A stretch of DNA of 13,791 nucleotides from an uncultured Methanomicrobiaceae archaeon (GTDB lineage Archaea > Halobacteriota > Methanomicrobia > Methanomicrobiales > Methanoculleaceae), in assembly GCA_963826525.1 (NCBI GenBank), contig CAWGXH010000001.1:1-13791 (forward strand). Direction: 5' to 3'. The translations under genes and the position numbers were made by a program. Shown here piece by piece: positions 13,741-13,791 of this stretch (positions within the stretch are counted from its first letter, which is position 1; every line of letters begins with the position of its first letter). The notes below the pieces were generated by a model, which saw nothing but the letters and a program-made list of their open reading frames with translations, searched no databases and was not told the DNA's origin.

Positions 13741-13791
13741 TCGGGTTATCGGGGAACCGTGAATGCCCGGGCGACGAAGAGTTGTCTCTGG

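Noticed and set aside
1-13791. CRISPR array, transposase/integrase, rRNA or tRNA
   Set aside because: No regularly spaced short repeats with unique spacers, no mobile-element ORF and no RNA gene signature; the long repeats are protein-domain duplications.

Overview
GC-rich archaeal-type locus, most like a Methanomicrobiales methanogen (inferred from protein families and BRE/TATA-like promoters). It holds a + strand cluster of three modular cell-surface protein genes and one small convergent Mth938-like gene. Gene 1 (partial, <2..1693): NosD/pectin-lyase-like beta-helix, PKD, Ig-like X module, C-terminal dockerin. Gene 2 (about 2322..10007, about 2561 aa): signal peptide, N-terminal domain plus 7-blade SBBP propeller, 6 PKD, beta-helix, Big_2-like Ig, two copies of a ~240-aa domain I cannot assign, a PGF-pre-PGF-like domain, an HFS-ending juxtamembrane domain and a TM anchor. 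Gene 3 (10472..13061): signal peptide, unknown domain, PKD, unknown domain, X-dockerin, split by one extra A at 11734/11735. The genes share modules at about 89-97% nucleotide identity with breakpoints at domain borders, so the same passenger domains appear with two anchor types (membrane versus dockerin). Main leads: a possible archaeal dockerin-based surface assembly, a repeated unassigned domain with a single invariant Cys, a candidate HFS autoproteolysis site, and a degenerate inverted intergenic repeat bracketing gene 3. All identities were counted by hand; no database searches were run.
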